Part shown: positions 21,823-35,200 of the stretch, piece by piece
Layout: each line of letters begins with the position of its first letter
Numbering within the stretch: the stretch's first letter is position 1
Origin: Mytilus edulis
Lineage: Eukaryota
Length of the DNA stretch: 64,000 bases
Direction of reading: 5' to 3'
Assembly: GCF_963676685.1 (NCBI RefSeq)
Contig: NC_092353.1
Span: 34,782,001 to 34,846,000 of the forward strand
The notes under the pieces: generated by a model
The model's database searches: none
The model's input: the letters and a program-made list of their open reading frames with translations, nothing else
Told to the model about the DNA's origin: nothing
Program-made: the position numbers and the translations under genes

Positions 21823-22445
21823 GATATTGAACAATGAACTGTACATTGTATTAAACAATAAATTGATATAGAATGTTTGATTGATTTCTCTTTAAAAAGC
21901 TCCTTATATAAGAATAAAGATGCGTATTAATTCATATGCGTGTATTGCAATATACGAAACCGACTAATTCTTTAAATTGAAATTCATATTTAAGGACTAT
22001 TATACCGTATAGCTATCATGTTATATCTACTGGTATTAAGCTTCTCAAAATATCCGCATAGAAAAACAAGCATAAAATATTGTAGTTGTAGTTGTAAATA
22101 TTTTGTGAATATACTCAAAACGATTAAAATCTAAAAGAATTAATTTAAAAGAATTCCATTTCGATCCCCAAGAATAAAAGGATAAATGGGGCAGATTTAA
22201 CATTGCAACAGACCACCAATATGGACATTTCAAAGAGTTGTGGTATACATTCTTGAACTTTCAGATCGCATTGCCGTTGCCCTACATGAAACATGAAATG
22301 AAACTTCTCAATTTTCAAGTAGTTATGTATGCATCCCGCAGTTTACTGCTATGTGGGAGAAGTCCGGGCGTGACCATATTCTGTACAATCTAGCCTGCGA
22401 TCATAGCTCACTGCTCGACAGAAATTATTCCGTTTGATAGCATAT

Positions 22446-22730
22446 AGATATAAGAAGATGTAGTATGAGTGCCAATGAGACAACTCTCCATCCAAGTCAA
22501 AATTCATAAAAGTTAACCGTCAAAGTACTTTCGTCAACACGGAAACTTGGCTCACACCGAATAGCAAGCAATAAAGGGCCGCAAAAAAAAAAAAAAAAAA
22601 ACTAGTGTAAAACCATTCAAACGGGAAAACCAACGGTCTAATCTGTATTAAAAAAAAAACGAGAAGCGAGAAACACGTATGAACCACATCAACAAACGAC
22701 AACTACTGAACATCAGATTTATGACTTAGC
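22446..22730 (+). mobile_element. Dispersed repeat family (copies 41699-42040 and ~47015-47356 inverted; stub at ~39476)
   Basis: Shared gatataagaagatgt.gt.tgagtgccaatgagacaactctcc ... ttggctcacaccgaa. Confidence 0.82.
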
Positions 22731-24098
22731 TCCGATTCAAACAATTGCAGAATCAAGTCAATCAAGGATATATCTTTTGTTTGCAATGCTATATGTTTTT
22801 ATGAAATAGCTCTATCATTGGTACACGATGTCTTTTACGTTCCTTACATTACTTAATTTAGAGTAAAGTTAGGCGACACCTTTTCATTCTTTTACGCTCT
22901 GGTTCCCCTACTTACAGCCATAAAACGTAGATAGTAATAATAACCCAATCATATCATAAAAAGCTGCTTGATTTAACTAGAGGCATTGATTGTCACCTTT
23001 TCTTGGCATGTAACGATGCAGTTTATGTGATAATACATTACTATCTATAATTTTCTTTAACCTGCAGCAACAATCTTCCTATTTAAAGGATTCTGATTCA
23101 ATTTTCCGACAGGTGTTAGTTTTGTACCATTTTATAAATAGAATTTATGAAGATGAAATGATAGCTTGCACGACGTGCAATGCACAGAACGTTTCGTTTG
23201 ATGTTTTTTAGTCCAATAATATGACAATAGTTGGGTATATGATATAAGAGTTGTAACGTGCATGAAATGAAATGAAAAGAGAGGTTGCGTAGGATAGAAT
23301 GAGGGTTGATGGGTTTTGACTGCCAATGTGTTTGAATAATTTGGTAAACTAAGTAGACTTACTCAAGTCTCGTCCACAACTGTGCTAACTAATGGAACTC
23401 AATGCAACTGTCATACAATTCAAATGTTATTAAACCAGGTTACAGCCGCCATTTTCTACATAGGGCATACCTGTACCTATTCAGGAATGTAACAATTGTT
23501 TTCCATTCTTTAAATGTGTCTGAGCTTTCGATTTTGTCATTTTAGTGAGGATTTTTCTTTTATAATTTCACTTGCAGTTCGGAACTTTTATTATCTTACT
23601 TTTTACTCGAAACGATCTATGATCAAGGGTTTATTCTTATTAGCAGCGTAACACTCATATTTACGTTTCTTTTAGAATGTTGTTCATTATAATTGTAAAA
23701 CTGTTTGGCAAAAAGCAAAACCAAAATCTCTAACACATCAAACGACTGAAAAATAACTTTGATATTCCTGACTTGGTACAGGTATTTTCTTACGTAAAAG
23801 GGTGACCAAAAGTCATGACTTTATGTTTCTTATGTTGTTTCAAACTGCAAGTTCTTCTAATTTTTTTTTAATATAGGCAACAGTAGTATAACACATCAAC
23901 TATAAGAGGAAAACAACGAAACAACAGAAACACTAAAGTGCAACAAAAAAACCAAAACGACAATGCAACACACAGAGAAACGAACTATAAGATGTCTACT
24001 CATTTTCAGGTGTGTAATTCAATGCACTTTTTCAGTTTTCTTTTGAAATTTCAAATCAATATGTTTAGAATATTTCATACATACTCCTCACAAAACCA

Positions 24099-25288
24099 AA
24101 CAAGAGACTCTCAAGAGCCTGAATCGCTCACCTTCAATTTTTTTGTTTAAATCATTCATCAATGATTATTTTTGCTTTTCAGTGTGTGCTAAAATATGCC
24201 ATCCAAACATTCTTTGTATCTGTCATATTTTCTTCACAGGCAAAAATAATGCATTTTACCCCTAGAAACATTGGCTATTTTTCTTGAAGTAAAAGGAAAT
24301 GAAAGAACATTTAAAATTAATAATAATTAGAGTTATCTCTCTTTGCATATTTTAAGTCAGGGTGTAGAAACCAAAAAAATAACTAAATCTATATAAATTA
24401 GCAATGGCGACCATGTTTGTTGATAGATCAAAACTTCGGATACAATTTATAAACTAGATACCCTAAGGAACATTCAGTTAAAGTTTGGAAGTATTTGGCC
24501 TAGTAGTTTCAGAGGAGAAGATTCTTAAAAAACTGCATTTTACCCTGTGTTCTATTTTTAGCCATGATACCCATGTTTTTTTGACGAAATAGAAAATAAA
24601 ACACAAATTTTATTTTATACACCCTACTGATCATTCAGTTGAAGTTTGGTTGAATTTGGTTGAGTAGTTTTAGAGGAGAAGATTTTTTAAAGTTAGCAAA
24701 TATGATGAACAAATTGTGAAAAATTGTCATTAAAGGACAATAACCCCTTAAGGGGTCAATTGACAATTTTGGTCATATTAACTTATTTGTAGATCTTACT
24801 TTGCTGATCATTTTTGCTGTTTACAGTTTATCTTTATCTATAATAATATTCAAGATAATGACCAAAAACTGCAAAATTTCCTTAAAATTACCAATTAAGT
24901 GGCAGCAACCCAACAATGGGTTGTTTGATTCATCTGAAAATTTCAGGGCTGATAGATCTTGACCTAATGAACATTTTTACCCCATGTCAGATTTGCTCTA
25001 AATGCTTTCGTTTTTGAGATATAAGCCAAAAACTGCATTTGACCCCTATGTTCTATTTTTAGCAATGGCGACCATGTTTGTTGATAGATCAAAACTTCGG
25101 ATACAATTTATAAACTAGATACCCTAAGGAACATTCAGTTAAAGTTTGGAAGTATTTGGTCTAGTAGTTTCAGAGGAGAAGATTCTTGAAATAGTTTACG
25201 ACGACGGACGACGACAGACGACGGACGACGACGGACGCCAAGTGATGGCATAAGCTCACTTGGCCCTTCGGGCCAGGTGAGCTAAAAA
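24099..25288 (+). mobile_element. Helentron/HINE-like element
   Basis: 5' aacaagagactctcaagagcc..cgctcacct; (GACG/GAC)n tract; 3' hairpin agctcacttggcccttcgggccaggtgagct; related to 50168-55278. Confidence 0.83.
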
Positions 25289-25450
25289 TGAAATTGAAAA
25301 TGGAAATGGAAAATATGTCAATGTGACAACAACCCAACCAAAGAGCAGACAACAGCTGAAGGCTACCAACGGGTCTTCAACGCAGCGAGAAAATCCCGCA
25401 CCCGGAGGTAGTCCTTAGTCCAAATAAACTTGTGTAGTAGTTCACTGAAA
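25289..25450 (+). mobile_element. Dispersed repeat family (copies ~21015, 28160-28335 inverted, 31550-31700, 40525)
   Basis: Shared tgaaattgagaatggaaatgggga...gacaacaacc..accaaagagcag. Confidence 0.75.
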
Positions 25451-28400
25451 TGTTCGCCTGAGAGGAATGCGAATATGGAATTATGTGATGCTTATTGCAA
25501 CTTAAACAAGCTATCCTTACAGTAACTCTTTGTGCAGGCATAGTTTTACTCGTTATTTAGTAATAGACAATTACGAACTAGTTCGCCGAGATAAAGCAAC
25601 TGATAAGTTCAGCTTAAAGACGGCACAACCAAGTCCATTTAGATGTTTCATTTATGAAACCGTTGGTATATTTTACAAATAATAAAACGCACGCGTTTTA
25701 ATTTGCCATAATTTATTTGAAAAGGGGATGACTGCACTAAGGAAAACAAGTAAAGACGACGATTTAAATGCATCTCCTTCAAAACACTCATTTTTATTTT
25801 GCTTCTGGCCATGACAAATGGATTCTTTGATGTGATAAAATATGCAAATTCATATTGTAAATCCAATGAAAAACTATTTGTCATGAATGAATTATCTGTA
25901 TAAATCAGTTTTATGGTTGAAGATACAGTTGTTTATTGACAAAATACGTACAGTTTAAATTCCATTACTTAACACTTAGATTTCATTTTACGTATGAAAT
26001 TTGACGATTTGTGGGGAAGATAGAAGTTTGAACGTGTGAATAAATTTGAACAAAACTTCAAATGCAAGATGGTCTGCACGAAAAGTAGAGTATCAAGCTA
26101 TAAAAGGAAGAATTTAAGAATGAAAACAAAATTTTAAAATAAATACAAGTGAAAGTTCAAAATCTTGACTACCTAATGTCAAATGGTTCTCCTGTCAAAT
26201 ATGTGTATTTGATAGGTAAACATAGATTAAAAAATTCCAATCGTCAGTATGGAATCGACCCAAATAAGTCAATTTAGATTTGAAACTATATACTAATTTG
26301 TGACGTCCATGCGAACATATGTGTTGGTTCCTTAGTTTATATTATCCCTTTAAATCTTACCCTACAAAATATTGACTAGCTCCAGTGTCTTGATCATAAA
26401 TGTCCACTATTGCTTTCTGTCATTATAACTGGTTTGCCATGTCTGTTTGTCTTAACATTTGCCTTTTAATATGACTTTAAATCGAACAAAGGCTGATGCA
26501 TGCATAGCAGAAGAAACCAAACGGCATCGACACTTTTGTCATTCAGTTTGACTGAATTAAATGCGATTTTTACTGTTTTTACCTTAGCCATATTTGGCAC
26601 AATTTTTTGGAATTTTGGATCCTCAGTGCTCTTCAATTTTGTACTTGTTTGGCTTTGTAAATATTTTGATATGAGCGTCACTGATGAGTCTTGTGTAGAC
26701 GAAACGCGCGTCTGGCGTACTAAATTATAATCCTTGTACCTTTGATAACTATTTATATACGGATACGGATTTGTTTTTTAAATGACTGCAGTATCCTACT
26801 TTTATGTCCATGACCATTTATAATCATAAATAAGTAATAAAAGAAAATATAAAGTTTTATGGAACGATTGACTCTTGCTGCATGTCTCATGCATGAAATA
26901 TTTTTCACAGGACGCTAATTAAAAAACAATCAATCAATCTCTTGTATGTTCATTCCATTTCTATTTCTACGTATTCAAATGTTATAACAAATATAAACAC
27001 AATTTACTAAGTTCGTATGGCTAATTTTATGCAGAAAACATACCACATAAAACATAAAACACTAATGTATTTAATTACTGTTACATAATGTATAATATCT
27101 ATCTTATTAACACAGCTGATATTCTATATAAAGATTCTTATTTATAGCATGTCTTTAATTTAATTTAATTCAAACGATGACTGTATTTAAGTTTTTATTT
27201 GTGACATAGGTGATAAAGAGTTTAATTAACTTGCTACGAACATTAGCTATTTAGGGGTTAAATGTAAAATTTGGACATCAAATAGACACATCTAACAAGA
27301 ATTTTGTCCCCACTTATTTCAGCGTTCTATTTTAATTACTTCGTAATATATGATTTGGCTTTGAACAGTTTGATTCTAACGCCACTGATGAGTGGTATGC
27401 AGACGAAATGCTCGCCTGTCTGGCATCATTATTAAGTTTTTATAATATTTGGGTCGATGCCACTACTGATTGGAGTTTCATCCCCGAGTGTATCACCAAC
27501 CCAGTTGTTGCCAAAGGATATACTAGTATTCATTTTCTGTAATCATGGTAGTAGATTGCTTAAGCTGTATATGGCCCAGCTTTTTACGCATTTTCAGTTT
27601 TCCATGGTCTAAAGATTTGAAAGCAACTTATGCTGACGTATCTGATGTAACACATTTCGATCCTTTCTTTGGTGTGTTTTTGCGAATTCAATAGTATTGT
27701 ATCATGAAATTACGTCCGATTGAATGGACACTTTTTCACACAACCGGACACATTTAAATATACATTGTCAATGAAAAGATGTCCAGTGGACAATATTTCA
27801 CAAGAAATTTTTATAGGAATGTATGTGGTAAAGTATGTTATCGGGTTGTCTTCACTATATTTGAATGACTATCTTTGCACCCAAGGTAAAAAATGGCAAA
27901 ATGTACTCTATAGTGCAATAAAATACTCAGGTGAAATCTTGAACACCCATTTTATGGTCAAATTGTATTTAAAATCGTTAAACGTCAATTCTTGCAATAC
28001 TAAAAATATTAACCTCACACAAAGTTTATATCATTTTATAGATAAAGTTTACAACATATCCTTCGAACAACAGTTTTGTCATAATATCCAAAGAAACATA
28101 ACTGCAGCAAATGTTTCCACTTTAAGTTTTTAGTTTCTTTAATATATTTCGGAGTTTAGTATGACGTCCATTATCACTGAACTAGTACATATTTTGTTTA
28201 GGGGCCAGCTGTAGCACTCCTATGGGTGCAGAATTTTCTCGATGTATTGAAGACCTAATGGTGGCCTTCTGCTGTGTTCTGCTCTTTGGTCGGGTTTTTG
28301 TCTCTTTGACACATTCCTCATTTCAATTCTAAATTTCACTTGAACATTTTCACCCATAACTGCTCTATTCTAGAAGCTTTCCTTGGCTTTTAAAAGGCAC

Positions 28401-29092
28401 ATGAACACGAGGTTGGGGTTAATCTGTTTTTTTTTCCTGAGCTATCTAACTTTTTTTTCTTAATATATGTTGACTATTGTAATTTCAACCTATTAAAGTT
28501 CACAGGTGCCTGCACCTATTTAGGCTATAATAAGTATTGTCGATTGTACAACAAACAAGGCTGCATAAGACATGTAAGATGAGTGTACTTTTATTTACAA
28601 AGTTTATTTGCCTCACTGACAATGAAACTGTTTATGATTATTTATGTTTTGATTTTAAGATATCTTTACATTCATCATAAATGTTTAATATACATTACCA
28701 TATGAAATTTGCATAAATCACATTAAACAGGTTTTGAAATCCATAACTTTCACATACGATTTGTTTTCTCTTTATCTGTGTAATGTATAACAAAGAGCAT
28801 AACTTATCGATCATTAACTTTGCATTTTAACAATACATTCATCTTTTGAAACCGGATAGTACGAGCAAACAATGTACTATTGAGATAATAAAATGTTTTA
28901 TTAACAGAACCATTGTATCAAATGTCTCTGGTTGTACTCATTCTAACAAGATAAAAAACACTTTCTAATAAGATATTAAGTGATTCAATGTTGCATAAGC
29001 CAATCCACCTTTAAAACACATGAACATTTGTAGTAAAATAATTTTTATAGAGCAGTATAGACTGCAAATTGCACAAGATATCAGTGTTTCAA

Positions 29093-29220
29093 AATTGGCG
29101 GATCCAGCAATTTCAAAAAAAAAAAAGGGGGGGGGGGGGGGTCCCAACCCAGGATAAAAAAGGGGGTACCAACCATATGACCCAATTCAAATGCATTGAT
29201 CGTCCAAAAAAGCGGGGCTC
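29093..29220 (+). mobile_element. Short G/C-rich MITE-like family (related at 37013-37130 and 58490-58632)
   Basis: Shared ggcggatccagc.attt..aaaaggggg..ccaacccagg.taaaa motif. Confidence 0.6.
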
Positions 29221-32200
29221 AGATTGAGAGCATGTTTACAATGTAGTACACCAGTCTACAGCCAGTCGAGTTAAAGCGGGTCAATTACATGGAAATTACC
29301 AGAAGTCCATTACTAGACTCTTGGAATGGACTTCTGATATTACATGTATCAGTTATAGGAAGCACTCCCATTGCTTTAAAAGTGAAAGAAGTGAGGGTAT
29401 CACGCTGGAAATGATATTTCCGTGGATATATCTGGCAATTGACAACAACAAAAAATACGACACGCTAGAATTTCCACATTGAATTGTTATCCAAAACAAA
29501 CGTATATGGATAAAATTACCAATATATGGTATCGTTACTGTATACTCCCCTCTCACTTCAACCTAGCTAATTCTTAAATTATCACGATGAAAATTAGGAA
29601 GCGTTTTGTTGTGTAGAATAGAGTATGTTATTCAGCAGCATGTAATCGCGTAAAGTATCATGGCAATTTATATACATAATAAAGAGATTTCTAGGTATAT
29701 TTAACAGATTAAAATTCCACTAAAGCAAGGGTCATACATAACAACACAAACAATAAACGTGATGTTACCAGATCTTTTTGTTATGTATCATCTCAGATAA
29801 AACTACTGATAACCTTAAATATATACAAATTATTTCCTGTATATTTTGTCGTGAGAATATCTAAGAGGTGTGGATACAATGCCTGGAGATTTGGCGTACC
29901 TAGATTTGAAATGTAATAAATACGCATTGGTTATAATTCTCGCCGAGAGATCCAGTCACAGACGTGGCTTTTTATGATCGCCAGTTGAACCTCGCGGATT
30001 ATCATATGTATGGTAATGTCCTTAAAGAGTGATTCATAACTGGCCATTTATGTATGTTATCTAATATTTAATATTGTAAATAAATATATAAACCTATACC
30101 ATATACGTCATGGTCACTCATACATATGTCCGTCTAGAAATAATTCAATTTGATCTGCAGTACTTGTAGAGAATCAACGTCAGAGAAACTATTTATCCGT
30201 TCAGTAAAACGTATAACTTTGCTGCAAGAGTGCTTACGATGCAATGTTCACTATGAACCACATTTCAAACATGCAGACATATCTATTGTACAAATAATTG
30301 ATGAGTGTCAAATTTCAAACTCTTTTATGGCATACTATTTCAAGGGGAAATTGCATCTATTAGTTTTCGAACAACAGCATGCATACTATTAAGTCGGACC
30401 GCAAATATGTTATTTCAATCCCGTTCATTTACGTTGAATGGTACCCCCATGTACTGATAAGTTTATCCCTTGCACATGCACATTTTTTTCTGGCATTATC
30501 TGCATTTGGTACGGTACGCTCAGAAAGAAATAAGGAAAGCCAAATCCATAAAAAGAGAAACGTCCTATTGTAAACAGCACAATTGGAGCAGAACATCTCG
30601 TTAGATATAGAGGTAACTTTGTTCAGTGCTTGTTAATGGAACGTTGAATTATAAATGCATTTACAGAAGGATACAGTTTGTTAAAAGGGTTGCATGTTTA
30701 AAATCAATTTGGGGGGGGGGGATAAAAAAAGTAATAAGTCTCATATATTTCAGTGTCAGCTTTCACAAAAGAGCTAGTCTGGTAAAGTGTTAAATGATGT
30801 GACAGGCTCGCAACATTTCATCTATAGCTACTCGTCTATCTGTACATCAAACTAACAAATTTAGGTTTACCATTCAACTGTCCGTGAATTCTATTTATAA
30901 TAACAAACTCTCCAATGGTTTACGATTATTGTATATGGGATATTTTTAAGTATATGCATAATTGATTTTCAAGGACTTTCTTCATTCTTGTGTGTAACAA
31001 AGAAACATATAAATGTTCATTATAATGGTTTTAAAGGCAAAGCTTTCTTAATCTCTTAAGCCTTAATCAACCCATGCTAGTACAATGTATACCGAACACT
31101 TCCACGATCATCCCAAGTTGGCCGTACTGTAAGTTATGACATCTTATTGTCATGTAGTCCATTAAGGTCCATAATTAGAGCAGTAATGGTTATTTATTCT
31201 TAATTTTCGGTTGCTCAGAGAAGGAAAATAAACAAACAAAACACTTCACTTCATCATGGGGTGCCTTTTTCACTAAAAATATTCGGAGGGATGGCTTAAT
31301 AACATTTAACCATATTCGAAATGTTAGGTTTGATTTATCTAATTATTTACAGTTACATCGCGACTGGATCAAATATAGGAATTGTTCTATTTTAGATCCA
31401 CATCATACTTTGTTAGTCAATACCATATTTTCCTAAATAAAATGTCGCCGTTAACCTTGGTGTCTATTAGACCAACTAACAAACCGACATCACAATCATT
31501 GCAATACTATTAGCGCCAACGCTTATGTTTTCATCTGTATTTACATATAAAGAATGGATATTGGGTATGTACATGTCCCAAAGACAACAAGCCGACCAAA
31601 GAGCAGAAAACAGATGAAGGCCACCAAACTTTAAGGATCTTCAACACAGCGAGAAAATCCCGCACATTCAGACGCGCTCCAGCTGCTCCCTAAACAAAAT
31701 AAGTATACATAGGGTAGAATGTGGACGAATTGATAAAATAGTATCTTCTATTCGACAATAGGTTATTGCGATACTATTGAGGGAAAATTCCTTATGTAAT
31801 TAATGCAAATTAAAATAAAAAAAGTACTGGTATTAATTAAACAAAAAACGTCACAGGAAGTGCACTCATGGTTTATTTTTTTGAACCACTACGCGAACAT
31901 GTAGCTTGCGCGGTGGAACACGGATGAACACAACTATACTTGTAAAAAAACCTTTTGATTTAATGTTGCTCGTAGTTATAATTCTCTTTTAATTTATTCT
32001 AAAGATCAATGATCCAAACAATAGTCTAGCCTACTTATCTAAAAGTCTCGAGATTATCTTTTAGTGAAAGTCAGCCTAGGTACTTTAAATCCCTTTTTCG
32101 AATTGGTCCAAATTTCGAAGATCCAAACGATTAGTTCACGTATTTAAAGTTAATACGAGAAAGGGCTCTAAATCAAAAATTACGTGTTTAAAGCCAGTAT

Positions 32201-35200
32201 TCTGCTGTCTACATCTAACGAAAGTATTATTAGAATTAACATTTAGTACTTATTTGCCATATTTGTCATAAGTCAAGTACGTTTTGGAAACAGGCCATTA
32301 TGCATTTATGCATTGCATTTGACATGTTGACAGGCTTTTCATTTAAATACATGTGAATGAGTTGGTTGTGTGGTTGACCGTGACTAGTACCCCCCTACAT
32401 GCACACATAGACAACTCGAAAGTATGACAATTTTTTTTTAGTGCCGTTCAAATTGACGAAAGATCAAACTGTTTTCCATTGTATATAGAAGTCTCCTTAT
32501 TTTTATAAGTGTACAGGAAATAAGGTAAAAAAAAAAGATTTGCATTTTCTTGGAATGACAGTCAAAAAACAATGGCACACAATGATATTTGAATTTACAT
32601 TATCGATATATGCATTGAATTGATAACTCGCCACTGACTTGAGATACATGTTTAAATATACAACAGAACAGGACTATATCCATCTATACGAAATCTAGAG
32701 AAACTGGAAGCCGGAATAAAGGATATACAGATATATAACAGATATAATAATGATTCGTATATTTTGACCTAAACTGTGATATACCATGATTAAACGCTAA
32801 ATTTCCTACTCGAGATTTTTCAATCTGATTTTTAAACCAGGGCAACACCACGACCGAACCATGAGAGAAATATCCAATTCTTAATATTAAAAGAATGTAT
32901 TACAACCATCTGACAAGAGAGATTAAATTAAATCCAAAGCAATCTCTTGTTAATATATTAGCTTGTAATAAGACAGATATAAATGTGTGACATTTTGATA
33001 TCTCTACAGTCACCTACATTGTACTTTCTTTAAAAATTAGTACATTACAAATTATAACGAGAAATAAATAACAAAAATTTGCATAACCACACAACACCTT
33101 CTTCATACATTAAAAGAATTGCTATACGTTTGTTTTTCTTGCATATATTTCGAATTAGAAATGATATTGACGAAAAATAGCCTCGGAAATTTTTATTATG
33201 CAATGGGTTTTTTTTCTGAACAGGAAAAATTGACGTCTTTCGTTGTTCCACTATTTCGCTATATTCTGGTTATTTTGTGTTATCTGCATACGGCAGGCTT
33301 TTATTATTTTGTGAAACGTCGTACATTTAATTTCGCGTCGTATTTATACAAAATTATATCGTTTTAGAACTTAGATGTTAAATTTATAAAGTTATATTTT
33401 CCTTAGTGAAAATTTACTATAACTATACACTTATATGTAGGGTGTAATATAAGCCCTATTGATGATTTATAATAACAATAGTGTGCCCGTGTATGTAAGC
33501 CATAAACTGTTTTAAATCCTTATTGGATGTGCTCCTCATTATAGAAGGGGGAAGTTACAGAAAAGAAGAAGAAGGTGTCTTGTCTAACTTAACTTAAAAA
33601 TGTAACCAATTGATTTTATATACTAAAATAATTGATCAACGCTCATGCTGCATTGTGATCGACTAAAGAGCTACTTCAGTTGTGACTAGCAATTTAACCA
33701 GAATCTTTGAACAACTGAAGGATATAGAAAACAGATCTGATAAATGCATGAAGCAAAGTCTTGTACTATGAAATTTGAATCGGAATAAATAGGTGTGTCC
33801 TTTCTTCTGGGATACTCTGAAATCTGCCTTGTCTCGTAGACAGAAAACAATTTCGCTTTTAAATTAATATTCCAGATTACATGTTTCAAGTGTGAATAGC
33901 TATCACATATGTGAATAATATAATAACAGGTAAATAATAATGATAAAATTAACAAAGTATTAAATTATTACACTACTTTTAAAACTTGAAATAATTAATT
34001 AATCGCATTTTCCATTGACTTGCTTCCTTCTTTAACATGTTTAACAACATAAAAATATGTATACTATGAGTATGACCTGTTTTGGTTTGGTTTCGGTTAT
34101 ATGAAAGGAATATTTCAACTAAAACCAAAACGCATTTCAGAACAATTTTGAGTCATATAGATAAGGAAGCATACCAGATATAACTATCCTTATTTTTCTT
34201 TCCTGTATTACTTCAGTAGCCCTGTAATACGACCTCTCACGTTAATTTAAACAAATACGTACAATTACACACGAATAATACATTTCAGATTGAAAGTTTT
34301 TCATTTGAAACTACTTGTTTGTGAAATTAAAAGCGTGAAATTGTGAAATATAAGATTTACAGATGAGTAATTTACGGTTTCGTTATGTCACAACTTTACT
34401 CTTATCTGACAAAAAGAACATCGGATATTCGAGATGCCACACATTTCAGAAAATATACATATATAGTTCTAACGCAATGTTTTCCTAAGCCGAATCTCTC
34501 CCTCCCTCTTTTTTGTAACACGCAAATTGTATCTACATGTATATAAACTGATTGGAACTTCACTGATGCATTTAATTATTTAAAAAGGATACAGATGGCG
34601 AAACTGAATGTAACAAAGTAATCTTAGTCATATAAAATTACTCTAAGTATTAGCACATCAATGTTAAATCTGCAAACTTTCGGATTGTTCTTCTTCGCCT
34701 GGATTCCAACTCATGCTTTATATAGAAGACTTCTTATTACAAAGTTATTATATGATTCTTTATTCTTTTTCCCTTCTCAATCCTCTCAATGATATTTCTT
34801 TTATGACACCGATTAATACCGTCGGTTAAGGATCACTATACGAAAATTCGCCTTATTGAGATTCATTCTACAGTAGTGGTTCATGTAACATATATAGCAA
34901 TAGATTAGGATGGTTTTTCAGATCCCATACTTTAACTTAAGAAATGGCTGGGCATATCACACAGTTTTAAGATTACACGAACTATTGCTTCTTTCTTTTA
35001 TTACTAGTTTTTTTCTCCTTTTGTTTTGTTCATTAAGAAGATTTTTTTGCCGAACCTTTACACATGTATAACAATGCATATAAGAGATCATTTAACCATT
35101 AACAATTAAAGTATTTTGCCATTCTGTTTACAGTTTACGCACCCATACAAAGAGGTCACGTATGTATTGGGGGTAAAATGTCACTTATCACAGTTAACAA

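Noticed and set aside
27720-28133. 137-codon ORF
   Set aside because: Non-ATG start, no recognisable motif or splice chain.
30150-30392. ORF with two CxxC pairs (possible zinc ribbon)
   Set aside because: TTG start, short, no gene structure or homology I can recognise; compatible with chance.
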